Part shown: positions 6,996 to 10,916 of the stretch, in pieces | Numbering within the stretch: the first letter of the stretch is position 1 | How the letters are laid out: each line of letters starts with the position of its first letter | Source: Spirochaetales bacterium | GTDB taxonomy: Bacteria; Spirochaetota; Spirochaetia; JABEVK01 | Length of the DNA: 10,916 bases | Direction of reading: 5' to 3' | Assembly (NCBI GenBank): GCA_037142615.1 | Contig: JBAXAI010000058.1 | Span: 1-10,916, forward strand | The notes under the pieces: model-generated | The model's database searches: none | The model's input: only the letters and a program-made list of their open reading frames with translations | What the model was told of the DNA's origin: nothing | Translations under genes and position numbers: made by a program

Positions 6996-7739
6996 CTACA
7001 GCGCCTTCAGGAACTTGGCCGACTCTTCGACGATGCGCCCCAGGTCGTGGTCCATGGTGGCCACATGGTAGCTGTTGTCGAGCCAGATCAGGTCCTTCTT
7101 CGCGGAGCCGAGCTGGTCGAGCGTCCAAGTGGCCGAGCGGAGGGGAACCACGTGGTCTTCCTTGCTCTTGAAGATGAGCACGGGCATTTTGAGGCCCGGA
7201 ATCTGCGGCTTGAGCTGGTTGACCAGTTTGCGGCACTCATCGACACCGCCGGTAGGGGTCATTTTGTAGGCGGGTTCGGTGACCCCCGGGGCCTTGATGT
7301 CGCCGGCGATGGCCGGAACACCCGCGAGCAGCAACCGAAGGACGGGCGCCAGCGTGACCCGGAAATCGTCAAAGAAAATAAGGTGATTCACCAGCACGAG
7401 GCCGGCGATCTCAGGATGCTTGGTGGCCAGGTTGAGCGTGAGCGCTCCCCCGAGCGACAGACCCAGGACGGCGACACGCTTGCAACGTTTGGCCAGCGCT
7501 TGGTAGGCGGCTTCGAGCGTAGCCTCCCATTCTTGCCAGTGCACCTTGTTCAGGTCGGTCCAGACCGTACCATGGGCTGGCAACAACGGCCCGACCGCCG
7601 TCCAGCCGCCGGCTTTGTTCAGGCCCTGAGCCACGTCGATCATCGATCCTGGGGTACTGGTAAAGCCGTGGACGACGAGCACGCCCAACTCGGTCGTTCC
7701 CGCAAGATCAAAAGGACGGGAAGCTTCTTCAAACGTCAC
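6996..7739 (-). CDS. Alpha/beta hydrolase, monoacylglycerol lipase / carboxylesterase (Bacillus sp. H-257 MGL-like), 247 aa
   Basis: The real gene is the C-terminal third of ORF 6996..9209. GTG start at 7739 with AAGAGGT RBS. Oxyanion HGFTSTP, nucleophile GLSLGG (7446-7463), Asp in SKEDHVVP, His in NSYHVATMDHD, cap region DIKAPGVTEPAYKMTP. These closely recall the bacterial MGL motifs (DLKNPDVKELAYEKTP, DEDHVVP, NSYHVATLDYD), quoted from memory. Confidence 0.88.
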   Translation of the reverse strand: MTFEEASRPFDLAGTTELGVLVVHGFTSTPGSMIDVAQGLNKAGGWTAVGPLLPAHGTVWTDLNKVHWQEWEATLEAAYQALAKRCKRVAVLGLSLGGALTLNLATKHPEIAGLVLVNHLIFFDDFRVTLAPVLRLLLAGVPAIAGDIKAPGVTEPAYKMTPTGGVDECRKLVNQLKPQIPGLKMPVLIFKSKEDHVVPLRSATWTLDQLGSAKKDLIWLDNSYHVATMDHDLGRIVEESAKFLKAL

Positions 7740-7758
7740 ATTGGCACCTCTTTGGTCC

Positions 7759-7765
7759 CATAATA
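7759..7765. promoter_or_regulatory. AT-rich core with overlapping -10-like hexamers for the divergent lipase and glpK genes
   Basis: TATTAT on minus (7765-7760) and CATAAT on plus (7759-7764) inside a 51-bp divergent intergenic region. Confidence 0.35.
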
Positions 7766-7790
7766 ATCCCAAATGCCTTAGGATAGGAAC

Positions 7791-9299
7791 ATGAGCGCAA
7801 AATACATCGGCGCCCTCGACCAGGGCACCACCAGCACCCGTTTCCTGCTCTTTGATGCTGCGGGAAAACCCGTCGCATTTGATCAGGTAGAGCACGAACA
7901 GATCACCCCTCAGCCAGGCTGGGTGGAGCACGATCCCGAAGAGATCCTTGCCAAGGCGTTGCAGGTGATCGCCGGAGCGTACGCCAAGTCGGGCATCGCT
8001 CCTGCCGACGTGGGGGCCTTGGGCCTGACCAACCAGCGCGAAACCACCGTCGTGTGGGACGCCAAGACCGGCAAGCCGGTGTACAACGCCATTGTGTGGC
8101 AAGACATGCGTACCGACGCCTTTTGCCGCGACCTGGCCCATCACCACGGGCCCGCCATCACGGCCCGGACGGGTCTGCCCGTGCAACCGTACTTTTCGGC
8201 CTCGAAAATCCGCTGGATTCTGGACCATGTGCCAGGAGCCCGGGCGCGCGCCGAAGCGGGCGAGCTGTTGTTTGGCACCATCGACACCTGGCTCATCTGG
8301 AAGCTCTCGGGGGGACCGAAGGGCGGCGTACACATCACCGACGTCACCAACGCTAGCCGCACCCTGCTGCTGAACCTTGAAACCTTGCAGTGGGACCCCT
8401 GGCTGCTTGAGGCGTTCGGCATCCCGGCCAAGCTTTTGCCTGCGGTGAAGTCGTCGAGCGAAGTCTATGCGCAGGCGACACTTCTGCCCCATCCGCTGCC
8501 CATCGCATCGGCCCTTGGCGACCAACAGGCGGCCCTGTTCGGTCAAACCTGCTTCGAAAAAGGTGAGACCAAGAACACCTACGGCACCGGTTGCTTCCTT
8601 TTGATGAACACCGGCAATGAGCGCGTCGTGTCGCAGAACGGACTGCTGACCACGGTGTGCGCCTTGATTCCTGGCCACGCACCGCAGTACGGGCTCGAAG
8701 GCTCGGTGGCCATGGCCGGCGCGACCGTGCAGTGGTTGCGCGATAACCTGGGAATCATCAGCAAGAGCGCCGAGGTCGAAACTTTGGCGAAGTCTGTGCC
8801 CGACAACGGCGGCGTGTACTTTGTGCCGGCCTTCAGCGGCCTGTTCGCGCCCTACTGGCGCCCCGACGCGCGCGGCATCGTGGTGGGGCTGACGCGCTAC
8901 GCGACCAAGGCCCATGTTGCGCGCGCGGCCCTCGAGGCGGTGGCCTACCAAACCCGCGACGTGCTCGAAGCCATGGAACGCGACTTCGGCGGCAAGATTC
9001 CGGCGCTCAAGGTCGACGGCGGCATGACGGCCAACGACCTGCTGCTGCAGTTTCAGGCCGACATTTTGGGCGAACGGGTCATCCGCCCCGTGGTGGCCGA
9101 AACCACCGCGCTGGGGGCTGCCTACGCGGCAGGCCTGGCCATCGGCTTCTGGAAGAGCACCAGCGAACTGCGGGCCCAGTGGGCCATCGACCGCCGTTGG
9201 GAACCTCACATCACCACCGAGGCGCGCGATGCCCTTTACGCCGGCTGGAAAAAGGCCGTCAGCAAAAGCCTCGATTGGGTGGACGGAGAACCTTCATGA
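7791..9299 (+). CDS. glpK: Glycerol kinase, 502 aa
   Basis: Canonical FGGY/GlpK motifs: [105 protein letters not shown]. Confidence 0.98.
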   Translation: MSAKYIGALDQGTTSTRFLLFDAAGKPVAFDQVEHEQITPQPGWVEHDPEEILAKALQVIAGAYAKSGIAPADVGALGLTNQRETTVVWDAKTGKPVYNAIVWQDMRTDAFCRDLAHHHGPAITARTGLPVQPYFSASKIRWILDHVPGARARAEAGELLFGTIDTWLIWKLSGGPKGGVHITDVTNASRTLLLNLETLQWDPWLLEAFGIPAKLLPAVKSSSEVYAQATLLPHPLPIASALGDQQAALFGQTCFEKGETKNTYGTGCFLLMNTGNERVVSQNGLLTTVCALIPGHAPQYGLEGSVAMAGATVQWLRDNLGIISKSAEVETLAKSVPDNGGVYFVPAFSGLFAPYWRPDARGIVVGLTRYATKAHVARAALEAVAYQTRDVLEAMERDFGGKIPALKVDGGMTANDLLLQFQADILGERVIRPVVAETTALGAAYAAGLAIGFWKSTSELRAQWAIDRRWEPHITTEARDALYAGWKKAVSKSLDWVDGEPS

Positions 9300-10738
9300 C
9301 CGTTGTTGTCATCGGAGCGGGCCTGGTGGGCACGTTGGTCGCCCGCGAGTTTTGCCGCCGCGATTGCAAAGTGATCCTGGTGGAACGGGGCCCCGACGTG
9401 GGCCTGGGCGTCAGCAAGGCTAACTCGGGCATTGTGCACGCCGGCTACGACGACGAACCGGGCACGTTGCGAGCGCGCTTTTGCGTGCCGGGCAACGAAC
9501 AGTGGTCGGTGCTGGCCGACGAGCTCGACATCGACGTGCAACGCATCGGCAGCCATGTGGTGGCCTTTAGCCGCGAAGACCTCAATGTGCTCGACGACTT
9601 GCTCGCCCGCGGCGTGGCCAACGGCGTTCCGGGACTCCGGATTCTCGAGCAGGCCGAACTGCTGCAAAAGGAACCGCACCTCAACCCGTCGGCCCTCGCC
9701 AGCTTGTGGGCCCCGAGTGCCGCTGTCACCGAACCGTGGCAGTTGGTGATCGCTGCTACCGAGAACGCGCTGGCCAACGGGCTCGAGCTGCGACTGGACG
9801 AAACCGTCACCGGGTTCGAGACCGCCAACGGCAAGCTCAAGGCCGTGCTCACCAGCAAGGGCCGTATCGCGTGCGACGCGGCCGTCAACGCCGCCGGGTT
9901 GTTTGCCGACGCCGTGGCCAACCTAGCCGGCGACACCTCAGTGCCGCTGAGGCCGCGCCGGGGCGAATACATTTTGCTCAACAAGTTCACGGCGCACAAT
10001 TTGGTGAACAGCATTCTGTTCCCGGTGCCCTCCGCGCTCGGCAAGGGCCTGTTGGTGACACCGACGGTCGACAAGGGCATTTTGCTGGGCCCCACCGCCG
10101 AGGATCTGCCCCGCAGCCTCAAGGACGACCGCGCCACGACCTCTTCCGGGCTCGACAAGATTGTCGCCAGCGCGCGCCACATGATCCCCAGCCTCGACCT
10201 TCGCGAGGCCGTCAAGGTGTTCGCCGGTTTGCGCCCCGAAAGCCCCGGCAAGGACTTTTGGATTCTGCCCAGTCCGCGCTGGAAAGGCCTTGTTCACGTG
10301 GGGGCCATGCGTTCCCCCGGGCTGACGGCGGCCCCGGCCTTGGCCGGCTACATCGTCGAACTCGTCGAACAGAGCCTGGGCACGACGCTCCGTCCCCGCG
10401 CCGGTTTCGAGCCGAGGCGCAAGCGCATCCCCAGCTACCTGAAAGATTTGAGCCTCGAAGCGCTCGAAGCGGCCATCGCCCAGAACCCGGCCGTGGGGCG
10501 CGTGGTGTGCGTGTGCAACAAGGTCACCGAGGCCGAGGTGATCGAGGCCGTACGCCGGGGCGCCAAGAGCCTCGACGGCGTTAAGTTCCGCACCCGGGCG
10601 CTGTTTGGCGAATGCCAAGGCGGGTTTTGCAGCCACCGCATTTTGCACCTGATCGCCGGCGAACTTGGCGTGCCCGAAGACCAGCTCGACTACGGGCTCG
10701 ACGGAAGCTGGGTCGTGAAGGGGAGGACGCGCGCATGA
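9296..10738 (+). CDS. FAD-dependent oxidoreductase, GlpA/LhgO-like glycerol-3-phosphate dehydrogenase with C-terminal BFD-like [2Fe-2S] domain, 480 aa
   Basis: Start corrected from 9179 to ATG 9296 (ATGA overlap with the glpK stop, GGAG RBS). Rossmann [54 protein letters not shown]. Cluster motif CVC...RTR...CQGGFC. Confidence 0.9.
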   Translation: MTVVVIGAGLVGTLVAREFCRRDCKVILVERGPDVGLGVSKANSGIVHAGYDDEPGTLRARFCVPGNEQWSVLADELDIDVQRIGSHVVAFSREDLNVLDDLLARGVANGVPGLRILEQAELLQKEPHLNPSALASLWAPSAAVTEPWQLVIAATENALANGLELRLDETVTGFETANGKLKAVLTSKGRIACDAAVNAAGLFADAVANLAGDTSVPLRPRRGEYILLNKFTAHNLVNSILFPVPSALGKGLLVTPTVDKGILLGPTAEDLPRSLKDDRATTSSGLDKIVASARHMIPSLDLREAVKVFAGLRPESPGKDFWILPSPRWKGLVHVGAMRSPGLTAAPALAGYIVELVEQSLGTTLRPRAGFEPRRKRIPSYLKDLSLEALEAAIAQNPAVGRVVCVCNKVTEAEVIEAVRRGAKSLDGVKFRTRALFGECQGGFCSHRILHLIAGELGVPEDQLDYGLDGSWVVKGRTRA

Positions 10739-10916
10739 AGCACCTCAACTTCGACGTGGTCGTTCTGGGCGCCGGCGGTGCCGGCATGGGAGCGGCCCTC
10801 GCAGCCCGGGCCGAAGGCGTGTCGGTCGCCATCGTGGAACGCCTCGACCGACCCGGGGGCATTTTGGGCCAGTGCATCCACGACGGGTTCGGTTTGCACC
10901 GCTACAAAGAGGCCCT
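10735..10916 (+). CDS. Partial FAD/NAD(P)-dependent oxidoreductase (pyridine nucleotide-disulfide family), partner subunit of the upstream dehydrogenase
   Basis: ATGA overlap at 10735 with GGGAGG upstream. Translates [61 protein letters not shown], open to the window end. GGILxQCIHxGFG is typical of the oxidoreductase that follows GlpA-like genes in anaerobes. Confidence 0.88.
   Translation, partial: MKHLNFDVVVLGAGGAGMGAALAARAEGVSVAIVERLDRPGGILGQCIHDGFGLHRYKEA

Noticed and set aside
7728-7741. Possible LacI operator near the lipase/glpK divergence (TTCAAACGTCACAT)
   Set aside because: Only the central AAnCG and one flanking base match O1/O2; too degenerate.
6996-9209. 737-aa minus-strand ORF as a single large protein
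   Set aside because: The first ~490 aa are the stop-free antisense shadow of glpK. The true hydrolase starts at GTG 7739 with its own RBS.
511-10899. Many overlapping 60-310 aa ORFs (e.g. 716..1579, 2811..3737, 3723..4658, 5465..6226, 6162..6941, 6993..7763, 9445..10251, 9706..10584)
   Set aside because: Shadow ORFs expected in GC-rich coding DNA. They overlap clearly identified genes and have no motifs or convincing RBS.
1-10916. CRISPR arrays, tRNA/rRNA, IS elements, riboswitches
   Set aside because: No repeat-spacer periodicity, transposase/integrase motifs or terminal repeats were seen. Intergenic gaps are short and explained by promoters, operators and one hairpin.

Overview
GC-rich bacterial chromosomal window with three modules. 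(1) Left edge, minus strand: an ORF missing from the supplied track (starts at 484 and runs off the window). It looks like an in-frame fusion of a small 'KYVWW...SWTYWH' toxin-antitoxin partner protein to the middle/C-terminal part of an AbiEii-like nucleotidyltransferase that has lost its catalytic N-terminus. (2) A LacI-controlled sugar-utilisation unit. A LacI-family regulator and an uncharacterised ~713-aa clan GH-D (GH36/GH31/GH27-like) glycoside hydrolase are transcribed leftward. A CUT1 sugar ABC transporter (binding protein plus two permeases, no ATPase) is transcribed rightward. The shared intergenic region holds two near-identical TG(T/C)AACCGCTTACA operators. (3) A glycerol module: a monoacylglycerol-lipase-like alpha/beta hydrolase (minus) divergent from glpK, a GlpA-like FAD dehydrogenase with a C-terminal BFD-like [2Fe-2S] motif, and the start of its partner FAD/NAD oxidoreductase. 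The most interesting hypothesis, unproven, is that modules 2 and 3 together break down glycosyl-glycerols or lyso-glycoglycerolipids. Several ORF-track starts were corrected using ribosome-binding sites. Family assignments come from motif recognition only; no database search was run.
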